57,111 bases of DNA from Flavobacteriales bacterium (GTDB lineage Bacteria; Bacteroidota; Bacteroidia; Flavobacteriales_D; Crocinitomicaceae), in NCBI GenBank assembly GCA_947461635.1, contig CANHMH010000001.1, positions 1 to 57,111 on the forward strand. The letters are read 5' to 3'. Below the pieces are notes generated by a model. The model worked only from the letters and a program-made list of their open reading frames with translations. It had not been told where the DNA came from and did no database searches. A program made the translations under genes and the position numbers. Shown piece by piece: positions 48,331 through 56,944 of the stretch (position 1 is the first letter of the stretch; each line of letters begins with the position of its first letter).

Positions 48331-49544
48331 TTTATTGTACTTAAAATAGTGTTCATTTCCTCTTCTGTATGAAAGAAAGAAAGGATTTTCATCATGACGC
48401 CATCCACGATTGAATCTGGACAAGAAGCACCAGAGGTGAGGATGATGCGTTGATTCGATTCTGAGCTTAGAAACGTAGAATCGAATATCGTTTTGGTATG
48501 AATGTCAAACGAACGAATTTGCTCTTTTGAACGAATCTCATTTTCGTCTTTAATAAAATAACACGGAAACTTTTGTTCTAGTAACTCGACAAGATGACTG
48601 GTGTTTGAACTGTTGTATCCTCCAACAACAATCGCCATGTCAGCGGAAGTTTCCATCAAAGCAAGCGTTGCTGTTTGGTTGTCATTTGTTGCGTAGCAAA
48701 GCGTATCACGTGTATCCGCAATGTGTTCTTTGATTACTTCTGTTCCGTATTTCAATAACATCACTTCGCGTAAATGAAGTGCGATTTCCTGTGTTTCACT
48801 TGCGAGCATGGTTGTTTGATTGACTACTCCGATTTTCGCTAAATCTTTCATCGGGTCGAATCCTGGTGATGATTTCCCTTTAAAAACAGCTTCAAAAGCT
48901 GAAACATCGATGTTACCTAAGATGAAATCGCCAAGTATTTTCGCTTCTTCAATGTCCTTTACGATTAAGGAAGGGGCATTTTTTGAACTATGAGAAAAAG
49001 TAGCGCGCGTTTCTTCGTGCTTGTGTTTTCCATGAATGATGATTGTATGGTTTGTTTCACCAAGCTTTTCAGATCGATTCCATACTTTTTCTACGAACGG
49101 ACACGTAGTATTGTAGGTTGAAATATCAACGCCAATGTTCTTCAGTTTCTCTTCGATTTCTATAGTCGTTCCAAAAGCAGGGATAATAACAAGATCTTCC
49201 TTCGTTAAATCATCAAAGGGAATCAATTGATTTCCTTCTGTGTCTTGTAAAAATTGAAGTCCATGACCTATGAGGTCTTCATTTACTGCTGGATTGTGAA
49301 TCATTTGACTCAAGAGAAAAATCCGTTTTCCGGGATTCTCATGAATGGCTTTGTAACTTTTTTCAATGGCGTTTTCGACACCGTAACAGAAACCAAAATG
49401 ACGTGCAATCACGAAGGTTACCTTGCCTAATTGCAGTTCCGTTGGACTAAAATCTTTCTTACGTGGATCAGCTAATTTACGTTGTGCCTTCACTTTTGAA
49501 ATGATGTGCGAACGGTAAAAAGCTGGGACTTCGAATTGTTTCAT
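48327..49544 (-). CDS. ispH: 4-hydroxy-3-methylbut-2-enyl diphosphate reductase, long (cyanobacterial/plant-like) form
   Basis: FGFCYGVENAIE, NTTCPFVEKVW, HGKHKHEET, VNQTTM and GGYNSSNTSHLVE blocks. At 405 aa it has an N-terminal extension and an internal insertion. Confidence 0.85.
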   Translation of the reverse strand: MKQFEVPAFYRSHIISKVKAQRKLADPRKKDFSPTELQLGKVTFVIARHFGFCYGVENAIEKSYKAIHENPGKRIFLLSQMIHNPAVNEDLIGHGLQFLQDTEGNQLIPFDDLTKEDLVIIPAFGTTIEIEEKLKNIGVDISTYNTTCPFVEKVWNRSEKLGETNHTIIIHGKHKHEETRATFSHSSKNAPSLIVKDIEEAKILGDFILGNIDVSAFEAVFKGKSSPGFDPMKDLAKIGVVNQTTMLASETQEIALHLREVMLLKYGTEVIKEHIADTRDTLCYATNDNQTATLALMETSADMAIVVGGYNSSNTSHLVELLEQKFPCYFIKDENEIRSKEQIRSFDIHTKTIFDSTFLSSESNQRIILTSGASCPDSIVDGVMMKILSFFHTEEEMNTILSTIK

Positions 49545-49577
49545 AATTTTAGTTCAACGAATGAGTCAAGAATTGGT

Positions 49578-50021
49578 TCATTTGCGTTTGTACATTTTTT
49601 CATACCGATCAATCCAATCCATTACAGTCATTTTCTGTGCTAATTCACCGATTAAATCGAAAGGAATTTCTTGACCATGTTTGAATCGAATACATGACTT
49701 ACCCATATCCAATTTCTTGGAGCTATGTTTCGGGAATTCACCGACAAACCAATTTAATAAATTTTCATCGCTGTAAATTCCCATGTGGTAAATGGCAATG
49801 AAATTTTTCTGACAGGCAATCGTTAAAAAGGGAAGGGGTAGTTTTGGTGCGCAATGGTAACCATCGGGATAAATGGCATGTGGAACAACATATCCAACCA
49901 TTGCGTAACTTTCCGTTTCCTCAAATCCATCGGGAAGATTCTCGCGAAGAACCTCCATTAATCGAATGAATTTGTCTCGATGCTCTGTTGGAATATTCGC
50001 TATGTATTGCTCAATAAACAT
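49578..50021 (-). CDS. DUF1801 (YdhG-like) domain protein
   Basis: 147 aa. The KLDMGKSCIRFKHGQEIPFDLIGEL pattern is typical of DUF1801. Confidence 0.55.
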   Translation of the reverse strand: MFIEQYIANIPTEHRDKFIRLMEVLRENLPDGFEETESYAMVGYVVPHAIYPDGYHCAPKLPLPFLTIACQKNFIAIYHMGIYSDENLLNWFVGEFPKHSSKKLDMGKSCIRFKHGQEIPFDLIGELAQKMTVMDWIDRYEKMYKRK

Positions 50022-50024
50022 GGA

Positions 50025-51227
50025 TTAACTATTTGTTCGTCCCGGATAAACCTGTAAAGCGACACGTAAACATTCTACCGCTTTTTTCAATGAATCTTGA
50101 TTTAATACGTAGGCTATTCTCGCTTCTTGTTTTCCTGCTTCTGGTGTAGAGTAGAATCCATTCGCTGGAGCCATCATTACGGTCTGACCTTCGAATTCAA
50201 AATCTTCCAATAACCATTGACAGAATTTCTCTGCGTCATCCACCGGGAATTTAGCTACACAGTAAAAAGCACCACTTGGTTTTGGACAAAATACGCCAGG
50301 AATGCTATTTAGTCCATCTACCATAATGTTTCTGCGAGCGACATATTCACTCACAACATCATCGAAATAGGATTGTGGCGTATCTAAAGCAGCTTCAGCA
50401 GCAATTTGATCAACAGTTGGCGGAGATAAGCGCGCTTGTCCAAATTTCAAAGCAGCAGCCATGACTTCCTTATTTTTCGTAATCAAGGCTCCAATTCTCG
50501 CTCCACACATAGAATAGCGTTTCGAAACGGAATCAATCATGATCACGTTTTCTTCAATTCCTTTTAAATTCATCACAGAGAAAGGAATTGCACCATCGTA
50601 GCAAAACTCACGGTACACTTCATCTGCAAATAAATACAGGTCGTGTTTCAAAACGATTTTACGTAATTGCTCTAATTCTTCTTGAGAATACAAATAACCT
50701 GTTGGGTTTCCCGGATTACAAATAACAATCGCTCTTGTTTTTGACGTGATTTTCTTTTCAATTTCTTCTACTGGAGGAAGGGCGAATCCAGATTCAATGG
50801 AGGAAGCAACTGGAACGACGTTTAGTCCTGCGGTAACTGCAAATCCATTGTAATTTGCGTAGAATGGTTCAGGAATGATGACTTCATCTCCTGGGTCACA
50901 GGTACACATAAATCCAAAAATCAATGCTTCTGAACCACCTGTTGTAATTAGAATGTCTTCGCTATTGACTGGAATCCCGCTTTTTTGGTAAGACAAGGCC
51001 AGTTTATTTCTGTAGCTTTCAAATCCTGCCGAGTGACTGTATTCTAAAACTTTACGGTCCAAATTATGGATGGCGTTCAATGCTGTTTCAGGCGTTTCAA
51101 TGTCCGGCTGACCAATATTTAAATGATAAACAATTTTACCTGCTTTCTTTGCTGTTTCAGCATATGGAACAAGTTTGCGAATCGGTGAAGCTGGCATCTG
51201 AATGGCCTTATCGGAAATTTTTGGCAT
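50025..51227 (-). CDS. Class I/II PLP-dependent (aspartate-type) aminotransferase
   Basis: SPIRKL, NIGQPD, NPGNPTG and the PLP-lysine context SVSKRYSMCGARIG. Confidence 0.85.
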   Translation of the reverse strand: MPKISDKAIQMPASPIRKLVPYAETAKKAGKIVYHLNIGQPDIETPETALNAIHNLDRKVLEYSHSAGFESYRNKLALSYQKSGIPVNSEDILITTGGSEALIFGFMCTCDPGDEVIIPEPFYANYNGFAVTAGLNVVPVASSIESGFALPPVEEIEKKITSKTRAIVICNPGNPTGYLYSQEELEQLRKIVLKHDLYLFADEVYREFCYDGAIPFSVMNLKGIEENVIMIDSVSKRYSMCGARIGALITKNKEVMAAALKFGQARLSPPTVDQIAAEAALDTPQSYFDDVVSEYVARRNIMVDGLNSIPGVFCPKPSGAFYCVAKFPVDDAEKFCQWLLEDFEFEGQTVMMAPANGFYSTPEAGKQEARIAYVLNQDSLKKAVECLRVALQVYPGRTNS

Positions 51228-51246
51228 GTGTATGTTTTTGTTGATT

Positions 51247-51254
51247 CAAAATTA
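51247..51254 (-). promoter_or_regulatory. -7 box TAATTTTG (minus strand) upstream of the aminotransferase gene
   Basis: Plus strand reads CAAAATTA, 19 nt upstream of ATG 51227. Confidence 0.5.
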
Positions 51255-51277
51255 ATCATTCTTCTTAAATAGAGCGC

Positions 51278-52915
51278 CTAATCAGTAACCAAAACACGCT
51301 GCTTTTCGGGACATCGCTTGAGAAAGACGAATCCTCCTTTAGCGCCAATTTGGATTAATTCGGGGTAGTTGGTCATGAATTCATCGCGTTGTTGGATTTT
51401 AACGACAAAATAAGCTGGCTTCAACAGGAATCCGGTGGCGATTTTTTGCTCATTTAACGTGACCTGATTTCCAGGCTGAGTATTCCCATAAAACAAATGC
51501 GCGTACGATTTAAATCCAAGCGTTGTGAAGTAAACGTTTTCCTTTTGATGTCTCTTGTAAAAATCAATGGCTGCACCTTGTGAAACATCCTCAATTTTCG
51601 GAACGACAAATGCATTGATACTGACTAAACTTATGATAATACCAATCCCAAGGGAAAGGAAATATTTGACGTAAATATTTTTACGTAAGTAATTGAAAGA
51701 TATAATAATAGTTGATATCAATAAAACAAATGGTATAAGTTGAGCTAAAGACCAACTATAGGTTTCTTTCATGGCTTGAACAGCAAATGGATCTTTCACT
51801 TGGATGTTGTCTAAAATCAGCTGAGTGTGTCCGACAAGGTATCCCAAAATCCCAAAAACAAATGCCAACAAAACAAGGAAAGAAAGGATGAAATAATGAA
51901 TGCGTTTATTCGTTTCAAAACCATTTTCCCATTGATGAATCACAAATCGGGCACCGAAATAGGTGATAGGGAAATAGCAGAAACTAGAATAATGGACAAT
52001 TTTCGTCTTGACAATGGAAAACAGAATCAAGGTAAACCAGAGCATTCCATGCATGATAATGTCCAAGCTCGTGCGTTTGATGACTTTATTCCTCAAGTAT
52101 CCAATGAGAAAGAAGGATGCGGGAAAAACGCCAAAAAGTAAAATAATCCAATGGTAATAAAGTGGTCCACCGTGTCCAGCATCTTGGGTTTGGAACAAGC
52201 GTACTTGATACGTAATGAATTCCTTAATAATTTCCTGATGTCCAGTTGCAAACAACAGTATAAACCATAGTGAGCCAATGAACAAGGTTGTCAAAAGGAA
52301 AATAGCTATTTTTCCAAAGGAAGGAAAATCTTTGAAGCGATTGAATAAGAAATAAAAGGCAAATGCTCCACCAATTAACAAGAGCGCAACGGGACCTTTC
52401 GTTAAGATGGCTAGACCTATAAATACTCCGGACAGCATAAAATTTCGTAATGTTTGATCATGACTTCCCTTGTAGAAAAAAATGATTCCGTTAAAAATAA
52501 AGAAGTTAAACCAAGGATCGATGATGCCTGAGTTGAAATATAAGAAAGGTAGAATCGAGCAGGCGTAAAGTGCGCTCCAAGCGATTCCGAATTTCTCCCC
52601 GAAAAATTCCTTTCCAAAACGATACAAGGCCAATAATGTAAAAACAGCAGCAATGACATTTGGAAATCGTGCGGCAAATTCATTGATTCCAAAAACAAGC
52701 ATGGATAAGGCTTGCATCCAAATAAATAAGGGTGGTTTCTCCCAGAATGCTTGAAAATTTATGGTGACATTGAAGTAATCTTTCGAAACGATCATTTCTC
52801 TCGCGCACTCGGCAAAATTCACTTCATCCCAATCAAACAATGCGGATAATCCAATGTTTGGAATACAGGCAAGAAAGACAAATAATACAATAAACCAGTG
52901 GAAGTATTTTGTCAT
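51278..52915 (-). CDS. ArnT-like / GT39-GT83-type polyprenyl-phosphate-dependent glycosyltransferase
   Basis: 545 aa polytopic protein. The N-terminal DWDEVNFAECAREM...FWEKPPLFIWMQA loop motif is typical of PMT/ArnT-type enzymes. Confidence 0.7.
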   Translation of the reverse strand: MTKYFHWFIVLFVFLACIPNIGLSALFDWDEVNFAECAREMIVSKDYFNVTINFQAFWEKPPLFIWMQALSMLVFGINEFAARFPNVIAAVFTLLALYRFGKEFFGEKFGIAWSALYACSILPFLYFNSGIIDPWFNFFIFNGIIFFYKGSHDQTLRNFMLSGVFIGLAILTKGPVALLLIGGAFAFYFLFNRFKDFPSFGKIAIFLLTTLFIGSLWFILLFATGHQEIIKEFITYQVRLFQTQDAGHGGPLYYHWIILLFGVFPASFFLIGYLRNKVIKRTSLDIIMHGMLWFTLILFSIVKTKIVHYSSFCYFPITYFGARFVIHQWENGFETNKRIHYFILSFLVLLAFVFGILGYLVGHTQLILDNIQVKDPFAVQAMKETYSWSLAQLIPFVLLISTIIISFNYLRKNIYVKYFLSLGIGIIISLVSINAFVVPKIEDVSQGAAIDFYKRHQKENVYFTTLGFKSYAHLFYGNTQPGNQVTLNEQKIATGFLLKPAYFVVKIQQRDEFMTNYPELIQIGAKGGFVFLKRCPEKQRVLVTD

Positions 52916-52918
52916 ATG

Positions 52919-53548
52919 CTATTTGTTAAGTGGCTGGTCTAAATGAAGCCATTTGGATTGGAGAAAAACCTGTGTGTATTTCATACAAAGAAATCCAATC
53001 AGTGCGCCGGCGAACATATCCTCAAAGTAATGCTGTGACAAATAAACACGGGTAAACGCAAAGAAAAGTGCTCCAATGAAGCAAAGTATTTGGGTTTGCC
53101 AATTTTTCGCGTAGTTCATTGCAAGAAATGTAAAAAGCACAAAAGAGCTGGTAGAATGTCCGGAAGGGAAACTTTGAAACAAATGGTAATGAAAGTCCTT
53201 GATTTGATGAAATCCTTTTACGTGTTGAAACACATACATTGGCCTCATGTGGTTTTCAAAAACGAAGTGCTTCAGGAATTGAACGAGTCCGGAAGAAATT
53301 AAAAAGGCAATGAACAAAAGGATGGCCAAGCGTTTACTGCGAAAAATAAAGATTAAAAGACAAGCCAGTAATAAGAGTAATCCATCTCCGATATTCGTTA
53401 AATGAGGCATGGCAAAATCACCGATTTGCGAATGAAAGGAATTGAAATAGAGGTGAAGTGAAAGTTTATCTGTTTTGACAATGATTAACAGCGCAAAGAC
53501 CCAGAGCAAGTAATTGCACCAATCATATAGACTTGATTTCATTTTCAT
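52919..53548 (-). CDS. PAP2 family membrane phosphatase
   Basis: Acid-phosphatase motifs SFPSGHSTSSF and TRVYLSQHYFEDM in a 6-TM protein. The stop lies 3 nt before the ArnT-like start. Confidence 0.75.
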   Translation of the reverse strand: MKMKSSLYDWCNYLLWVFALLIIVKTDKLSLHLYFNSFHSQIGDFAMPHLTNIGDGLLLLLACLLIFIFRSKRLAILLFIAFLISSGLVQFLKHFVFENHMRPMYVFQHVKGFHQIKDFHYHLFQSFPSGHSTSSFVLFTFLAMNYAKNWQTQILCFIGALFFAFTRVYLSQHYFEDMFAGALIGFLCMKYTQVFLQSKWLHLDQPLNK

Positions 53549-53605
53549 GTGGTAAAATTACGTATTCCTGAGAATTGAATTATCTTCGTTAAAATGATTG
53601 TGCAT

Positions 53606-55579
53606 ATGAAATCAATACTATTCATCACTATTATCTTTTTATTCTCGTTTAGTTTTGGTCAAAATGCCATTCAATTAGATGGGGTAAATGACATTGTCAC
53701 AGTGAATTACCCGGGTATTCTAGGTGATAATGCTCGGACTATTGAGGCTTGGATTAAAACAAGTGCGAATTACAATCCAAATACTGGAGGCGTTCAAGGT
53801 GTCATTTCGGATTGGGGAACATTTACAAATAGTAATCGATCTACATTTAACGTCCTTTTTAATAATGCGATTCGTTTTGAGGTAAATGGAAACGGTGTGA
53901 ATGGTACAATCCCGGTGAATGACGGGAATTGGCACCATGTTGCGATGGTTTATGATCCATTGGCAACATTAAAAGTTTCACTATACGTCGATGGTGTGTT
54001 AGACATAGCAGGAAACTTAACGATTCCGGTGAATACTTTAAGTTCTTACGTGCGTATTGGGCAACGTGTGGATGGACTTCATTTTTTTAATGGAAAAATC
54101 GATGAATATCGCTTGTGGTCTGTTGCGTTGACTCAAGCTCAAATCATTGCCAACAAGGATAAGGAACTTTGTCACTTAAATGACCCTAACCTAAAACTGT
54201 ATTATACCTTTAACCAAGGATTGAGTAGTGCTACCAATACAGGTCAAACGACTGTTCATGATTGGAGTCCGAATCAAAAAGATGGGACCTTAACCAATTT
54301 TCAATTATCTGGAAGTACATCAAACTGGGTGACCGGGCAAGTGTTGAATCCAGGTTTTTCCTCTTCCAATTCAATCGTGTCAAGTTGCGGTGTGTACACT
54401 TCCAACTTGGATAATCAAGTTTATTCGACAAGCGGTATGTATACGATTAATGGATTGAATCAAGCGGGGTGTGATTCCATTCAAACGTTAAACCTAACCG
54501 TTGTCCCTACGGCTTTAACGAGTTTTACAGCTTCGAGTTGCGGCGCCTATGTATGGGCTCAAACTGGTCAGAATTACACCAGTTCTGGAATTTATTTTGA
54601 TACCTTGATCGCCCAAAATGGCTGTGATTCAATCCTGAAATTGGATTTAACCATTACGCCAAATTCTTCAAGTGTGATTCACGTGTTTAGTTGTGAAGCT
54701 TATACATGGACTCAAACTGGATATACATACAATGATTCCGGAACCTATTCTGATACCTTAAGCTCAATTTCAGGTTGCGATTCTGTAATTGTTTTAATGT
54801 TGACTGTTTATCCCCAAACAAGTACGGAATTAACCGTAAATTCTTGTAACAGTTATTTTTGGTCCTTGACGAATGTGAACTATACCAATTCGGGTGATTA
54901 TTCGGTTGTATTGTCCTCCGTGAATGGTTGCGATTCAACAGTAATAGTGCATTTGAATTTAAATCAATCGGATACGACAAATCAATTGTTAGCGTCTTGT
55001 TTCCCTATTACATGGCAAGAAGCTGGAATCGTGATGGATCATTCGGGCGTATTTACACATACTTTCAGTAACGTAAATGGTTGTGACTCCATCGTTAGCA
55101 TTGATTTTATTTTCAATTCACTTTCTGCAAGTGTCACCTTGGATCAGTTTACAGGTGTTTTAAGTGCAACACCAATTGGAGCAATATACACCCTGATATC
55201 ATGTGAAAACAATACTGAACTTGTGACTTGGAATTCTCCTAATTTTGATCTTCCTTCTAATGGAGTTTACGCTGTTGTGGTGAATCAGAGTGGTTGTGTT
55301 GACACATCGGATTGTGTAAGTTTTGGGAGTGCTCAAGTGCTTGATTTAACCGAACATTCGGTGGTCGTTTCTCCTAATCCTTGTCAAGATGCGTTGTTGA
55401 TTCAACTACTCAGTGGAGATTTGAAAGAGTTCCGTGTTTTTGATGCAAAAGGAGTTTTGTATATTCAGCAAGTTTTTCATTCAGCCGTAAAAGACCTTTC
55501 AATTTCGACAAGTGAATTAATTTCTGGAATTTATTTTCTCCAAATAAATGGCGAAGTAGTTAGATTTGTGAAGGAATAA
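53606..55579 (+). CDS. LamG (concanavalin-A-like) domain protein with five 51-aa Cys modules and T9SS type A sorting domain
   Basis: Signal peptide. LamG_3 pattern (ARTIEAWIK...GNWHHVAMVYD...FNGKIDEYRLWSVALTQAQI). C-terminus VSPNPCQDALLIQL...GIYFLQINGEVVRFVKE. ATG 53606 is preferred over 53594. Confidence 0.75.
   Translation: MKSILFITIIFLFSFSFGQNAIQLDGVNDIVTVNYPGILGDNARTIEAWIKTSANYNPNTGGVQGVISDWGTFTNSNRSTFNVLFNNAIRFEVNGNGVNGTIPVNDGNWHHVAMVYDPLATLKVSLYVDGVLDIAGNLTIPVNTLSSYVRIGQRVDGLHFFNGKIDEYRLWSVALTQAQIIANKDKELCHLNDPNLKLYYTFNQGLSSATNTGQTTVHDWSPNQKDGTLTNFQLSGSTSNWVTGQVLNPGFSSSNSIVSSCGVYTSNLDNQVYSTSGMYTINGLNQAGCDSIQTLNLTVVPTALTSFTASSCGAYVWAQTGQNYTSSGIYFDTLIAQNGCDSILKLDLTITPNSSSVIHVFSCEAYTWTQTGYTYNDSGTYSDTLSSISGCDSVIVLMLTVYPQTSTELTVNSCNSYFWSLTNVNYTNSGDYSVVLSSVNGCDSTVIVHLNLNQSDTTNQLLASCFPITWQEAGIVMDHSGVFTHTFSNVNGCDSIVSIDFIFNSLSASVTLDQFTGVLSATPIGAIYTLISCENNTELVTWNSPNFDLPSNGVYAVVVNQSGCVDTSDCVSFGSAQVLDLTEHSVVVSPNPCQDALLIQLLSGDLKEFRVFDAKGVLYIQQVFHSAVKDLSISTSELISGIYFLQINGEVVRFVKE
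54380..55114 (+). repeat. Five tandem 153-nt (51-aa) Cys-x27-Cys modules
   Basis: TGC codons for the first Cys are at 54386 and 54539, then every 153 nt. Cys pairs fall at ORF residues 265/293, 316/344, 367/395, 418/446 and 469/497. Confidence 0.9.
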
Positions 55580-56189
55580 TTTTCTGTTTTTCTTTGATCA
55601 TTATCACAAATAACACTGCGTCATAAGCAAAGTGTGCGGAGATTGAAAACCAAAGTCCTAAGTGAATGTATCCAAAGGAGATGATGAAGATAAATGGCAG
55701 GACAATCAATCCGTACATCGAAAAACGCCAATTCCATGGGTTTAAATAACCGTGCAGTGCGACGAAAACAATAGAGGTAATCCATGGTCCTAAAAGTGGT
55801 TGGATTCCCGCCCGGAATAAAAGTTCTTCCCCAATTCCAGCACAAATGGATAGAAAGATTCCGTCGGTATAGGTGAGGGGGAGCTGATCGATAATCCGGT
55901 CGACCCGATTGGGGAGTTGCTCAAAGAAAGGAGCTTTCATGAAAAGGTAAGCGATGAAAGCATAGGCGAATCCAAGTTCTAATCCATAGCCAATTGAAAT
56001 CAATTTTATGTTTTGAACATCAAAGAATTCGGTTATGCTTGTATTTTGAAAATAATCTAATAAATAGAATCCAGGTAAAGGAAATACGAGCAATGTAACC
56101 AATCCTAGCAAACGTATTTTATAAATATTTGTCAATTTTTTTCGGTCTCTTGTTTGGTAGATAAAAAAAATACATCTATATTCGTTCAT
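55560..56189 (-). CDS. CPBP (CAAX/Abi) family intramembrane glutamic endopeptidase
   Basis: GIGEELLFRAGIQ (EExxxR), VALHG and a later His motif in a multi-TM protein. Confidence 0.7.
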   Translation of the reverse strand: MNEYRCIFFIYQTRDRKKLTNIYKIRLLGLVTLLVFPLPGFYLLDYFQNTSITEFFDVQNIKLISIGYGLELGFAYAFIAYLFMKAPFFEQLPNRVDRIIDQLPLTYTDGIFLSICAGIGEELLFRAGIQPLLGPWITSIVFVALHGYLNPWNWRFSMYGLIVLPFIFIISFGYIHLGLWFSISAHFAYDAVLFVIMIKEKQKIIPSQI

Positions 56190-56216
56190 CTAAACCTAAA
56201 AGAACGCCTATAGATC

Positions 56217-56224
56217 AAATTTAC
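56217..56224 (-). promoter_or_regulatory. -7 box TAAATTTG (minus strand) upstream of the CPBP gene
   Basis: Plus strand reads CAAATTTA, 27 nt upstream of ATG 56189. Confidence 0.4.
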
Positions 56225-56260
56225 TTTTAATTGTTGTCACTTCAACAGAAATTGTAAATT

Positions 56261-56860
56261 ATGGTTTTATCTTCGTTAAGCGATTCTGAATTAATCCGTT
56301 TATACATTAATGACAATGAAAGAGCTTTTGCGGTTCTTTTGAAACGTTATAAAAATCAAGTGTATAAATTTATTTACTTGAAAGTCAAAGATGCTGATTT
56401 AGCAAATGATATCTTTCAAGATTCTTTTATCAAGGTTGTTCAAAATATCAAAGCGGGTAAATACAACGAAGAAGGTAAATTTCTTCCTTGGGCGACGCGA
56501 ATAGCTCAAAATTTAGTCATCGATTATTACCGAAAACAAGGGAAGGTTCGTGTTTTTTCTGAAAGGAATACCTTTAATGAAGATTTTGGTATTTTTCAGC
56601 GAATTGCCTGTGAAAACAAAAACTACCTTCAGCAAAAATCATCCATGGAACTGGATCAACAGTTGATTGAGCTGATGAATCACCTTCCAAAAGTTCAACG
56701 AGAAATTGTTGAAATGCGCATTTTTCACGATTTATCATTCAAAGAAATCGCTGAATCCGAAAAGATTAGTATCAACACAGCTTTAGGACGCATGCGCTAT
56801 GCCTTGATGAATTTGCGTAAGCTATTGGAGGAAAACGAAATAGTTACTCATTTCGCCTAG
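56261..56860 (+). CDS. RNA polymerase sigma-70 family factor, ECF-type (regions 2 and 4 only)
   Basis: Region 2 (DIFQDSFIKV...WATRIAQNLVIDYYRK) and the region 4 HTH (REIVEMRIFHDLSFKEIAESEKISINTALGRMRYA). Confidence 0.8.
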   Translation: MVLSSLSDSELIRLYINDNERAFAVLLKRYKNQVYKFIYLKVKDADLANDIFQDSFIKVVQNIKAGKYNEEGKFLPWATRIAQNLVIDYYRKQGKVRVFSERNTFNEDFGIFQRIACENKNYLQQKSSMELDQQLIELMNHLPKVQREIVEMRIFHDLSFKEIAESEKISINTALGRMRYALMNLRKLLEENEIVTHFA

Positions 56861-56913
56861 CTTATTTTGAATTCTTTTTCGAGTATCATCGGGACTTTTC
56901 ATCCTATTTTGGC

Positions 56914-56921
56914 TATCTTTG
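56914..56921 (+). promoter_or_regulatory. -7 box TATCTTTG upstream of ffh
   Basis: Exact match 23 nt upstream of ATG 56945. Confidence 0.5.
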
Positions 56922-56944
56922 TTGCTTAAAATTATTGGATTGCT

